Source: an uncultured Methanomicrobiales archaeon (GTDB lineage: Archaea > Halobacteriota > Methanomicrobia > Methanomicrobiales > Methanospirillaceae). From it: DNA of 64,000 bases. The DNA lies in contig CAVWXH010000003.1 in assembly GCA_963758915.1 (NCBI GenBank), forward strand, positions 160,001 to 224,000, read 5' to 3'. How positions within the stretch are numbered: position 1 is the stretch's first letter; the number at the start of each line of letters is the position of its first letter. Below are positions 40,526-50,230 of the stretch, piece by piece. The position numbers and the translations under genes were made by a program. The notes below the pieces were generated by a model. The model made no database searches and was not told the origin of the DNA. It worked only from the letters and a program-made list of their open reading frames with translations.

Positions 40526-42361
40526 TTACGATGCATCCCGCCTCATCGGACAAACATCTGCCCCTTCCAGCTCCCCGCCTGCCCATGCATACCGGTCCCT
40601 GATCGTGGGGGGAAGATCGTTCTCCCCAATCGGGATGAACCCGAACTGGCGATAAAAGTCCACCAGGTGCAGCACTGAATGCATATAGAGCGTATTTTTT
40701 CCGCACGCTTCAACCAGGCCGGCAACAACGCCCTTCGCAAAGCCGTGGCCCCTCATCGGTTCTGGCGTAAACACTGCATCCAGCTCGTAACCATCCGTAT
40801 GCTTCCTGCACCGGGCAAGGGAAACAGGTTCATTTTCCCTATAGGCTGCGAATATCCGGTCTATTCCAGGGTCACCTTTTGTCTGATGATAATCCACCCA
40901 GAGCGACGCTGCAATCGGGAATTCTGCACTGAGCAATTCCCTTACCTGGATGCCATTCATATTATTCGTGCAATTACTCCCTGATCCACGCTGGGAAAGG
41001 CCAGCGGAAGGGATACCTTCGCCGGAACCTTCAACCCGGTAACAGGCTGCCGGAATATGGATTTCAAACCTCGCTCCCCGGCCTTCCTCACCTGTTTCGA
41101 CGATGGTCATCCCTGAAACTCCGACAATCTGGCTACAGATAAAGAGGCCGATCCCCTTGTGACCCCCGGAATCATATTCAAATATCTCCTGCTTTTTCGA
41201 TTCCGGGATACCCGGGCCGTTATCTTCAATAGAAAGGACCAGTCCCCCCCCGTGTTCAAAATACCTGACAAGGAGAAGGTCGAACCTCCCTGCATACTGG
41301 AATGAATTTGCAACAATATGGCGGAGCACATCCCTTATGAGCGGGTCTGCATTCACTTCCAGTCTCTCACACCAGAACCTGACGGCCACATCCTCTCTCA
41401 TTTTTGAAAGGGCCATGGATACGAGATATCCCTGGACCTGTTGCCATACCGGCGGTGTGGTCCCCAGGTTCCTGTACGATAAAGAAAGGTCGAGGCGGCG
41501 GGATATCGTCGATATCTTCTCCCCGATCTTTGTAAAAAAAACATCCGAAAGCGTGTCACTGACCTGGATTTTCGCCTGCCTGACTATCTCCTTGATCTCG
41601 TTGACATCCCGCTGGAGATGATCTGTTGATATACTCGACAGGAGGTTGAGCTTGTCATTTGCTGATTGTAATGCGTTTTCAGCCCTGACCCGCGGAGTAA
41701 TATCGATAAACGTCAGGATTGCACGGCGATCAGGAAGCAATGCCCCGGAGACGATTACCCGGGCAGACCTCTTCTCTCCGGCAATAAAGGTAGTCTCACC
41801 GGAATACACGGGCTTCTGTGCAGTCAGGCTGGAAAGTACTCCATTTTTCCCACCCTCGTTTTCCCAGAATAATGTTACTGGTGCCCCTTTGAGGTCCGGA
41901 AGGTCTTTCTTGAAAAATTTACGGGCCCGGTCATTCGCTTCCTCAATTACCCACCCTTCAGGCGTATCATGGACAAGGAGACTTCCCGCCCATGAATGGT
42001 CAAAAAGCCCGCGATACAGGGCCTCATTCTCGCGGAGCCGGGTAGTAATCGTTGCCACCAGCCATCCGATCCCGATAATGACGGCAAGTCGCAGGACAGT
42101 TTCAAAAAGGACTCCTGAATCAGCCCCTAAAAAAACAATGACCATGATAAAATATGTCCCACCCAGCAATATCGATGTTAACAGCCCGTACCGTGGGTAA
42201 CGGTATGCTGAAAGGACAACCGGAATATACAACAGATGAGAGAATACAACAGTAATCCCGGAGAGGAGGCCGCCAAGTATCAGGCCAAGGCTAATGGCAC
42301 TGCTGGCGATAATTGCGAAATTCCATGCCCTGTCACGTCGTTTGAGTATAGATAATTCCAT
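40526..42361 (-). CDS. Membrane PAS/histidine-kinase-like protein fused to a C-terminal GNAT domain
   Basis: N-terminal hydrophobic helices (SHLLYIPVVL), PAS (FIDITPRVRAE), HATPase G boxes (IEDNGPGIP, GIGLFIC) and GNAT (VFTPEPMRGHGFA, FYRQFGF). Confidence 0.85.
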   Translation of the reverse strand: MELSILKRRDRAWNFAIIASSAISLGLILGGLLSGITVVFSHLLYIPVVLSAYRYPRYGLLTSILLGGTYFIMVIVFLGADSGVLFETVLRLAVIIGIGWLVATITTRLRENEALYRGLFDHSWAGSLLVHDTPEGWVIEEANDRARKFFKKDLPDLKGAPVTLFWENEGGKNGVLSSLTAQKPVYSGETTFIAGEKRSARVIVSGALLPDRRAILTFIDITPRVRAENALQSANDKLNLLSSISTDHLQRDVNEIKEIVRQAKIQVSDTLSDVFFTKIGEKISTISRRLDLSLSYRNLGTTPPVWQQVQGYLVSMALSKMREDVAVRFWCERLEVNADPLIRDVLRHIVANSFQYAGRFDLLLVRYFEHGGGLVLSIEDNGPGIPESKKQEIFEYDSGGHKGIGLFICSQIVGVSGMTIVETGEEGRGARFEIHIPAACYRVEGSGEGIPSAGLSQRGSGSNCTNNMNGIQVRELLSAEFPIAASLWVDYHQTKGDPGIDRIFAAYRENEPVSLARCRKHTDGYELDAVFTPEPMRGHGFAKGVVAGLVEACGKNTLYMHSVLHLVDFYRQFGFIPIGENDLPPTIRDRYAWAGGELEGADVCPMRRDAS

Positions 42362-42663
42362 GCGATCCTCTCCTGGATAATTGCCACACTATTGGCCGGG
42401 AATCAATTATGGTACAAATAATGTGAGTTCTGAGTGAACTGATGACCCTCACAAGGGAAACCGGGACATTTGTATAACATGAAAGAGTGTACTCCGGGAA
42501 TATAGTCATTTCATTTTAGATCTGCCAGGGGTTGATTGGCTACCTCTCATAAGGGTTTCCTGAATCTTATGCTCCATCCTGCTTATTGGCATTGGAGTCT
42601 CCCGACAGGATCACCTGATAAAAATACCAAAATAATCCCCTGTCAATCGTACGATTGTTTTTC

Positions 42664-43410
42664 CTACATCCCCTTCATCATATTCCTTATCTGTATGACC
42701 CGTGCTGCAAAAATAAATCCAACAGAGGCAATGAAGAGAACACTACAGTCAACAAGCGGGGAAAATACTGATCTCCCGGACATGGCCGCGTTGAACAGAT
42801 CAACCAGGTACGTAAGTGGTGAGCAGTACGCAAGGGTGAGAGCCCATCCCTCCATCTGCTGTAGCGGGACGAATATCCCGGAGATGAAGATGAGCGGGAA
42901 CCGTATAAGGTTGGAAAAAATCATCACGTTGGGCGGGCTGTCGGATGCCGGAGACGCAAGCAGGGCGCCGAGTGCGGCACAGGAAAGTGTGCCGAGGAGG
43001 AACGCCAGGACAAAGAATTCCGGGTTTGCGATCGCAATCGGAACGAAGAATATACCCGCTATCCATACGAGCAGCGATATGCCAATCCCGAAGATCGCTC
43101 CCGCCATAACGTCACCCAGTATGATACTATCCTGCGTTATCGGATACGAGAGGAGCCGTTCATACGTCTTTTCCCTTTTTTCCCAGGGTGTGATAAGCGG
43201 GCCAACCGATGATGCAGTGAAAAACAGCATCATCGCGAGAAACGCCGGGAAGAACGTGGTGAGGTCGAGATGACGGCCGACAAAGAATGCGAAGAACATG
43301 AAGAGCGGGAACAGGAGCCCGAACATCAGGACGGGTGGCTTGGTATAATACAGCCTCATATTTTTACCGGTAATGACGAGGATGCCACGCAGGGACAGCG
43401 GGATTTCCAT
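42664..43410 (-). CDS. ABC-2 type permease
   Basis: About six hydrophobic segments; EKREKTYERLL, FISGIFVP and PLTYLVD motifs. Start approximate. Confidence 0.88.
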   Translation of the reverse strand: MEIPLSLRGILVITGKNMRLYYTKPPVLMFGLLFPLFMFFAFFVGRHLDLTTFFPAFLAMMLFFTASSVGPLITPWEKREKTYERLLSYPITQDSIILGDVMAGAIFGIGISLLVWIAGIFFVPIAIANPEFFVLAFLLGTLSCAALGALLASPASDSPPNVMIFSNLIRFPLIFISGIFVPLQQMEGWALTLAYCSPLTYLVDLFNAAMSGRSVFSPLVDCSVLFIASVGFIFAARVIQIRNMMKGM

Positions 43411-44327
43411 CATGCACACTCCGTGATCTGGACAAATGCTTCTTCAAGGCTCGGGCCGGAGGTCGACAGGGAGGTAATTCCGAGGGATTCACGTTCAGCC
43501 CGTCCGACAAGGTATTTTAAAACCAGGTCTGGATTATCGGTATACAGCCGCCACTTGTCACCGCACGGTTCTGCCCGAAAAATCCCTTCCACTGCAAACA
43601 GGTCCCGGGTTACGGTCCGGTCAAAGGAGACTTCGACCGATTGCGTGGTATCAAACATTTTTTTGAGCCGTTCGGGGCTGTCCTGCGCAACGATCTTCCC
43701 CTTGTTGATGATACAGACCATCTGGCACAGCGTATTGGCCTCCTCGATATTGTGGGTGGTGAGAAAGATCGTGCTGCCCTGTTCATTCATGTCATGAATC
43801 GTCTCGATCACGAGCCGGCGGCTCTGCACATCAAGTCCGCTGGTCGGCTCATCGAGAAACAATACGCGGGGCCGGTGGATGATGGCGCATGCGATACTTA
43901 CCCGCTGCTTCATTCCTTTTGAGAATGACCTGACAGGGTAATGTCTTTTATCAGAAAGGCCAAGCCGCAACAGGATCTCATCAATACGCTCTTCTCTGAG
44001 TACCCGGGGCATGCCATACATTTTTCCGCTCAGCTGGAGGTTCTGCTCCGCGGAAAGGTCACCGTAGACCGTGCTGTTCTCCGGAATGACTCCCATCTGC
44101 ATCTTGGCGTCGAGCGGATGGCGGTGGATGTCAATGCCGTTGATCTGGACGGTCCCTGCATCAGGTGTGAGGACCCCCGTAAGCAGCCGGATCGTGGTGG
44201 TTTTCCCGGCCCCGTTGGGCCCGAGGAACCCGAATATTTCTCCTTCTTTCACAGACAGGTTTACATCATCAACAGCTGACACCGATCCGAACGTCTTCTT
44301 CAGATGTTCAGCCCGGATTGCGTCCAT
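43410..44327 (-). CDS. ABC transporter ATP-binding protein (DrrA-like)
   Basis: GPNGAGKTT, FSKGMKQR, LFLDEPTSGLD, TTH and SLEEAF motifs. Confidence 0.93.
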   Translation of the reverse strand: MDAIRAEHLKKTFGSVSAVDDVNLSVKEGEIFGFLGPNGAGKTTTIRLLTGVLTPDAGTVQINGIDIHRHPLDAKMQMGVIPENSTVYGDLSAEQNLQLSGKMYGMPRVLREERIDEILLRLGLSDKRHYPVRSFSKGMKQRVSIACAIIHRPRVLFLDEPTSGLDVQSRRLVIETIHDMNEQGSTIFLTTHNIEEANTLCQMVCIINKGKIVAQDSPERLKKMFDTTQSVEVSFDRTVTRDLFAVEGIFRAEPCGDKWRLYTDNPDLVLKYLVGRAERESLGITSLSTSGPSLEEAFVQITECA

Positions 44328-44804
44328 GTAAACCTCCTGAAAAAAATTATTCCGTCAGATTGCACAATTCTGAAGTTCGTAGTCATTTACATCATTCTTC
44401 GTGAGTTGTAGTTGAATACAATTTCTTAATGCAGCATAAGATATTGGTTTTAGATTTTCCCGGGCTTTTGAAACCCTGCATAATTAAAAAAAAAGAGGGA
44501 ATCCGTTGACAGGAGGGGGTGAAACCCCTCCCTGCCCCATCCCCGATAAGATAGTAATTAACATGGTTCGGGGGGGCATTCAGGAAAATTTGCGAGATTT
44601 GGATAGGATTCCCTATCCTGACCGGGATCGCCACAGCGACGGGCCATCAGCCACGGGAGCGTGACTAAATTTTTTAATGCCTGCACAATGATGTGATTGC
44701 ACCAATTCATGAGAAAAAGAAAAGCATGGTGGTTTACAGCTTTTAATCGTAAACCGGGCTGAAAAGAAAACTATTATGCTACCCTGAACAGTAATCTGAT
44801 TGTA

Positions 44805-45965
44805 ATGAAAAATGCATTCCATATCATGCTCATCCCGACATTAGGTTGTCCCTCAAAATGCAGTTATTGCTGGAGTTCCGAGGAGGGATCGCCGGTTATG
44901 AGTATTGAAACAGTACAGGAAGTGGTTACATGGTTAAAAGATCTCAAGAAGAACCGGATCACTATTACATTCCATGGGGGTGAACCACTCCTTGCCGGGG
45001 CTGATTTTTACCGGAATGCATTACCACTCCTTTCAAACGGTTTACGGCACCAGAACCCGGAGTTTGCGATGCAGACCAACCTCTGGAAGATGACCCCGGA
45101 AATAGCCAGGGTACTGGCAGAATACCATGTCCCGATAGGGTCAAGCATCGACGGTCCTGAGGATATCAACGATTCACAGAGGGGGGACGGCTACTTCAAA
45201 AAGACCATGAACGGTTACCGTATTGCGAGGGAACATGGTCTTACGGTCCGGTTCATCTGCACATTCACATGTGAATCAGTGAAGTCCAGGGAGGAAATAA
45301 TTGAATTTTTCCACCGGAACGGGTTTGTACTCAAACTGCACCCGGCATTACCCTCTCTGCGATCAGAAAACCCCAGACAATGGGCCCTGGATCCGGAAGA
45401 TTACGGGGACCTGCTCGTGTACCTGCTGGACAAGTCCCTTGATCACTACGGGGAGATGGAGATCATGAATATCAATGACCTCTGCAGGTGCGTATTTACC
45501 CGCCATGGTTCGGTCTGTACCTACGTGGACTGCATGGGGACCACGTTTGCCGTGGGACCGGATGGGAGCATATACCCCTGTTATCGTTTTGTAGGCATGC
45601 CGGAATATGTCATGGGAAATGTACGTGATCGCCCCACTCCTGAAGACCTTGCCGAATCCGGACCGGGAAAGCTGATGGCCCGGTACAAGGAATACGTGGA
45701 CAGGGAATGTGGGGAATGCCCCCATATCAGGTACTGCAGGGGAGGGTGTCCGTACAATGCAATTGCACCGACAGATGGAGAAATAAAGGGTGTTGACCCC
45801 CACTGTATCGCATATAAACGGATATTTAGTGAGATCAGTGAAAGGCTCGATCGGGAGATGTTTGAATCACCCCCCATGGAGATGGCAGGTTTCGGTTCAG
45901 TTCACGGGAAAAGAAAAAAACCCGGAGTAATGGCACTGATGCATAAGTCCGTCTCGGACTATTGA
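44805..45965 (+). CDS. Radical SAM/SPASM protein resembling the methanogen putative peptide-modifying family (TIGR04083-like)
   Basis: GCPSKCSYC, FHGGEPLL, SIDGPE, and SPASM cysteines CTYVDC, IYPCYRF, CGECPHIRYCRGGCP, DPHC. Confidence 0.85.
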   Translation: MKNAFHIMLIPTLGCPSKCSYCWSSEEGSPVMSIETVQEVVTWLKDLKKNRITITFHGGEPLLAGADFYRNALPLLSNGLRHQNPEFAMQTNLWKMTPEIARVLAEYHVPIGSSIDGPEDINDSQRGDGYFKKTMNGYRIAREHGLTVRFICTFTCESVKSREEIIEFFHRNGFVLKLHPALPSLRSENPRQWALDPEDYGDLLVYLLDKSLDHYGEMEIMNINDLCRCVFTRHGSVCTYVDCMGTTFAVGPDGSIYPCYRFVGMPEYVMGNVRDRPTPEDLAESGPGKLMARYKEYVDRECGECPHIRYCRGGCPYNAIAPTDGEIKGVDPHCIAYKRIFSEISERLDREMFESPPMEMAGFGSVHGKRKKPGVMALMHKSVSDY

Positions 45966-46379
45966 CAGCTTTTTTCTGAAACACAAGGGCAATCACCCGT
46001 TACGAGTGTCACTCCCGGACACCGGGGATAGTCATATCGTTTCCTGTTACAGGCTGTTTTTCCAACATGTGCAGGAATCCCGGAGCGGTGAGTCCGGATG
46101 GCCAATTGCAGATATGAGCGCTCAATACAGTATATATACCAAAACATCTGCACAACTTTTTTTTAGTTAATGAAATATAACATTCGTTGATATACCCATT
46201 ATGGCATTATTTTCTTAATCCGGCCAGAATAACGCCATTAAACCCTCAAATCGTTTCGAAACCTTTAATTAAGTTATAACCAACCTCTTAATTGAACCAC
46301 AAAGGGTTTGTACTCGATGTGAGTCGTAATGCAGCATGAACACTCTCGTGCACTATTACAGCACGCAGGAGGAGGCTAA

Positions 46380-47282
46380 ATGGACAACATTGTATTTAGC
46401 ATTGGAATTACTGCACTGGCAGGAGCACTTGCCGCTGTAGCCGGTGCTGCGGAAAATGTTGAATCTGATATCGGATCACAGGGAGACCCGAACTCACAGG
46501 TTCAGCTGGCACCGCAGATGGGTTACATCCATAGAATTTATAACAAGGCAATTGCTGGTGAACCACCCGCCTGGGGTCTTTGGATCGCGTTGGGGGCTGG
46601 AATTGCATGGGCATTTATGGCCATGCAGATCAACCCGATTCTCGCGATCGTCCTCGGGGCCGGACTGGCCACCTTTGTCCAGGGAGTATATTCAACCACG
46701 GCTTATTTAGGAAGGACCGCAAGTCTTTCCAAGTTTGGACAGCCGGTGTATATCGATATCATCAAGTCGATGACCACCGTGACCATGGCACATGCATTTG
46801 TCGCCATATTCGCAACGGTGACACTCTGTCACCTGATGAATGCCGCACTCGGCCACCCGTTCCCACTGCCCTTACTCGGATTAGTATGGGGTATTGCACT
46901 CGGTGCAGCCGGATCTGCAACTGGCAACCCGTACTACGGGAAAGAACGCCAGTACCAGACACAGAATTTCGGTGCAGGCGTCCCGATATCAGCATCGGGT
47001 AACATCGTCCGTTACGCAGAAGCAGGCGAGCGCAACTCGCTTGATAATGGTTACTTCACCGCTAAACTCGGCGGGGCTGCAGCAGGGGTCTGCTTCGGAC
47101 TGATCGTATTCCTTGAACTCTGGAGGACAGTTCTCTTTGAGAACGTTGGTGCCGGGTGGGGAGCGATTATCGTTGGTGTTATTATTATCCTTGTCTTCAC
47201 GGTAATCGACCGCTACATTGAGGTCTGGGCACGGAAGAACTACGGACCATACACAAAACCAACGGAGGAGACGTCCTCATGA
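46380..47282 (+). CDS. mtrE: Tetrahydromethanopterin S-methyltransferase subunit E
   Basis: ESDIGSQGDPNSQVQLAPQMG, NKAIAGEPP and HPFPLPLL motifs; GGAGGAGG RBS. Confidence 0.97.
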   Translation: MDNIVFSIGITALAGALAAVAGAAENVESDIGSQGDPNSQVQLAPQMGYIHRIYNKAIAGEPPAWGLWIALGAGIAWAFMAMQINPILAIVLGAGLATFVQGVYSTTAYLGRTASLSKFGQPVYIDIIKSMTTVTMAHAFVAIFATVTLCHLMNAALGHPFPLPLLGLVWGIALGAAGSATGNPYYGKERQYQTQNFGAGVPISASGNIVRYAEAGERNSLDNGYFTAKLGGAAAGVCFGLIVFLELWRTVLFENVGAGWGAIIVGVIIILVFTVIDRYIEVWARKNYGPYTKPTEETSS

Positions 47283-48118
47283 GCGCTCTTGGAGGTGCGA
47301 AGCCGGCAGGAGGCTCAACAGGGATTGCGCCTGTTCCGGCAGTAATCTCGCTGGTTATCTTCGTAATTATTTTCGCATTGATGTACATGCTCGGCACACC
47401 ACTTGCCATGACAGCCCTTATCGGGATCGTCATCGGCGGGCTTCTCATCGGTTTCGGTGTGCACTTTGTTCCGGTTGGCGGTGCACCCGCTGCAATGGGA
47501 CAAGCCCCGGGTATTGCGACGGGTGTCGCGATGCTGGCAGCTGGTGGCGGTCTTGCCGGTCTCTTTGGCGGCGCATGGGCGGCCTCACAGGGTACCCTTG
47601 TTGCCGTCGTCACCGGTGCTATCGGTGGCGGCCTTATGCTTGCAATCACGTGTTTCTTCGTGAACTTCGTTTATATCTATGGAATGGGTATTCCTGCTGC
47701 GTCCGGAAAGGTCAAGAAAGACCCGATTACCGGAGACACTCAGGCTGAATACAAGTCCCAGGGTACGGAAGGTCATGGATTACCGTTTGTATCGTTTACG
47801 GGCGGAGTCATTGGCGGTCTCCTTGGTGGTGCAGGTGGCACATTGATCTACCTGATGCTGCTCGATGTATACCAGGCATCCCTGCCGGGTGTCATGAAGG
47901 CAACCGCAGTCCAGGTCGAACCAATTGCAGTCTCGCTCGCCGGGATGTTCGCGATCGGTATGTTCCTTGTTATTGCAGTGCTTGCAGCATACAACATCAC
48001 AGGAACGATCGAAGGCCCGCACGACCCGAAATTCAAGCGGTTCCCGCGTGCATTAATTGCATGTGCCGTTGCATCCGCACTCTGCGGAGTCGTAGCAATT
48101 CTGCTGGTAATGGTGTGA
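47279..48118 (+). CDS. mtrD: Mtr subunit D
   Basis: VHFVPVGGAPAAMG, DPITGD, GTEGHG and GTIEGPHDPKFKR motifs. Confidence 0.97.
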   Translation: MSALGGAKPAGGSTGIAPVPAVISLVIFVIIFALMYMLGTPLAMTALIGIVIGGLLIGFGVHFVPVGGAPAAMGQAPGIATGVAMLAAGGGLAGLFGGAWAASQGTLVAVVTGAIGGGLMLAITCFFVNFVYIYGMGIPAASGKVKKDPITGDTQAEYKSQGTEGHGLPFVSFTGGVIGGLLGGAGGTLIYLMLLDVYQASLPGVMKATAVQVEPIAVSLAGMFAIGMFLVIAVLAAYNITGTIEGPHDPKFKRFPRALIACAVASALCGVVAILLVMV

Positions 48119-48129
48119 GGTGTTAGAAA

Positions 48130-48999
48130 ATGTCGGTAAAAGTTGAAGTTATCGAAGGTGGTGTACCCCACCAGAAGATCCTCATAGCCGGGCTCGTCCT
48201 CGCAGTGATCGGGCTTTATCTCTCATACCTCAACGTAATTGTCGGGACGCAGATGTTTGCATTCTTCGGCGGGCTTGCAGCAATTGCAGCCCTTGTCTGG
48301 GGTAGCCACACAATCAAGGTCCTTGCAAGTTACGGTATAGGAACAGGAGTTCCATCTGCCGGTATGATTGCATTCGGCTCAGGTGTTATTGCATTCCTGT
48401 TTGCGACAAAATATGGATTATATGCCCCAATCGTTGCGATAATTCTCGCAGCGGTCATCGGTGCAATCCTTGGTTACCTCGCAAACGAAGTGCTGGCTAT
48501 GCATATCCCGGTGATGATAAAGTCTCTCACAGAGATGGCCGTGGTCGGCGCACTAAGCCTCATGGGATTCTCTGCAATGATTACTGGATCGTTCACGTTC
48601 TCTCCGCAAGGTACGTTCATATTTTCACTGACCACCGGGTCAATGAAAGTCCTTGGCATGAGCCTGCCGTCCTACCAGTCATCTTACATTGGCGGGGCGC
48701 TCATTGCAACCGTCTTCATGCTGGGAGCAATTGCGATACAGCACGGATTTAATGCCTGTCTCGGACCTGGCTGGAAACAGGACCGCATGCTTATGCTCGT
48801 TGCTGAGTGCGGGTTCCTTTCCATGATGGTCGCAGCAGTTATGTCAGCAGCATTGATCAGTCCGGCCGCAGCAATACTCTCGTTCCTGATCGGGCTCGTC
48901 GGGTGGTATTACACCTACATGAAATATATCGAGCTCTCAAAGAGGGATGCAGCTGCATGGCTTGATATGAAACCAATTCCAGAAGTGGAGGGACACTGA
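48130..48999 (+). CDS. mtrC: Mtr subunit C
   Basis: YGIGTGVPSAG and HGFNACLGP motifs. Confidence 0.96.
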   Translation: MSVKVEVIEGGVPHQKILIAGLVLAVIGLYLSYLNVIVGTQMFAFFGGLAAIAALVWGSHTIKVLASYGIGTGVPSAGMIAFGSGVIAFLFATKYGLYAPIVAIILAAVIGAILGYLANEVLAMHIPVMIKSLTEMAVVGALSLMGFSAMITGSFTFSPQGTFIFSLTTGSMKVLGMSLPSYQSSYIGGALIATVFMLGAIAIQHGFNACLGPGWKQDRMLMLVAECGFLSMMVAAVMSAALISPAAAILSFLIGLVGWYYTYMKYIELSKRDAAAWLDMKPIPEVEGH

Positions 49000-49001
49000 T
49001 T

Positions 49002-49283
49002 ATGTATATCCAGGTACTTCCGGAATATGGACTCGTTGCAGACCCGATGGTCGGAATTGTCACAACAGCCGGAGAATCGCTCTCACCCATACTCGAGAAA
49101 GTAGCGATTCTTGAGGCAGTCTCAGACGACCTTGTGAACATGCTCTCAGGGGAAGGCAATTACCTTGCTTCATTCCCCGGAAGAGAGAAATCTCTGGTTA
49201 TTGCCGGTAGCATGAACGCGTTCTGGTATGGACTCGCTATAGGCCTGTTCATCGCAGGGATAATGGTGTTCCATCTTATTTGA
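49002..49283 (+). CDS. mtrB: Mtr subunit B
   Basis: [17 protein letters not shown] and a C-terminal TM helix. Confidence 0.94.
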   Translation: MYIQVLPEYGLVADPMVGIVTTAGESLSPILEKVAILEAVSDDLVNMLSGEGNYLASFPGREKSLVIAGSMNAFWYGLAIGLFIAGIMVFHLI

Positions 49284-49293
49284 GGTGAAAAAA

Positions 49294-50013
49294 ATGGCAG
49301 AAAAGAAATCACCAGCAAGTGGATGGCCAATCGCAAAGGGCGACTTCCATTCAGGAGATGCCAACAGCCCGGTCGCAGTCGTGACCATGGGGTCTCACCT
49401 TGATGAACAGGGTATCTGCGATGGCGGCGCCGCACTCTGCGGTTCCTGTAAGACTGAAAACCTCGGTCTTGAGAAGGTCATTGCAAATATTATCTCCAAC
49501 CCGAACATCAGGTTCGTGCTCCTCTGTGGTACAGAAGTGAAAGGTCACCTCTCCGGACAGACCCTCGTGGCTCTCCACAAGGGCGGGGTCAAGGAAGGCA
49601 GGGTTGTCGGTGCAGAAGGGGCTATTCCTTTCATCGAGAACTTAAACGATGCCGCTATCAAGCGCTTCCAGGAGCAGGTCGAATTCGTCAATATCATGGA
49701 GTCTGAGGACGTCGGGGCCATCAAGGCCAAGATCGGCGAACTCACAAGCCGTGATCCGGGCGCATTCGCCGCTGACCCGATGATCGTCGAGGTCAAGGAA
49801 GCTGCGGGCGGAGAAGAGGCGACCGGAGAAGTGCAGCCACTCTCAGGAGAGGTAGCACTTATCCACGCACGGATGAAGATAATCGAGAGGATGGTAACGG
49901 ATATCGGATACCGCGACAAGTTTGCCGCGGGGGTCTATGGCGGTAAAATAGAAGGTCTCATGATCGGCCTCCTGGTATCGTTTGCCATCATCGGGTTCAT
50001 GTTGATGGGGTGA
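49294..50013 (+). CDS. mtrA: Mtr subunit A (corrinoid protein)
   Basis: [33 protein letters not shown] and a C-terminal TM helix. Confidence 0.97.
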   Translation: MAEKKSPASGWPIAKGDFHSGDANSPVAVVTMGSHLDEQGICDGGAALCGSCKTENLGLEKVIANIISNPNIRFVLLCGTEVKGHLSGQTLVALHKGGVKEGRVVGAEGAIPFIENLNDAAIKRFQEQVEFVNIMESEDVGAIKAKIGELTSRDPGAFAADPMIVEVKEAAGGEEATGEVQPLSGEVALIHARMKIIERMVTDIGYRDKFAAGVYGGKIEGLMIGLLVSFAIIGFMLMG

Positions 50014-50018
50014 TAAAG

Positions 50019-50225
50019 ATGGCAGAAGAAGAAGTTAAAACAGCAGGACCCATCCGGATGGTCGCAATAGACAGAATGGTGGAGCAAATCCGCTATAAGG
50101 GACAGATCCTGGCCCGGACCAACAAGCCCGAATCGGGGATTATGGACTCGGGAATGATAGGATTTGCAATCGGAATGCTCATTGCCCTGGTCCTGATCGT
50201 TGTGCCGGCATATCTTGTGGGGTGA
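50019..50225 (+). CDS. mtrF: Mtr subunit F
   Basis: [10 protein letters not shown] plus TM helix [10 protein letters not shown]. Confidence 0.9.
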   Translation: MAEEEVKTAGPIRMVAIDRMVEQIRYKGQILARTNKPESGIMDSGMIGFAIGMLIALVLIVVPAYLVG

Positions 50226-50230
50226 AAAAA

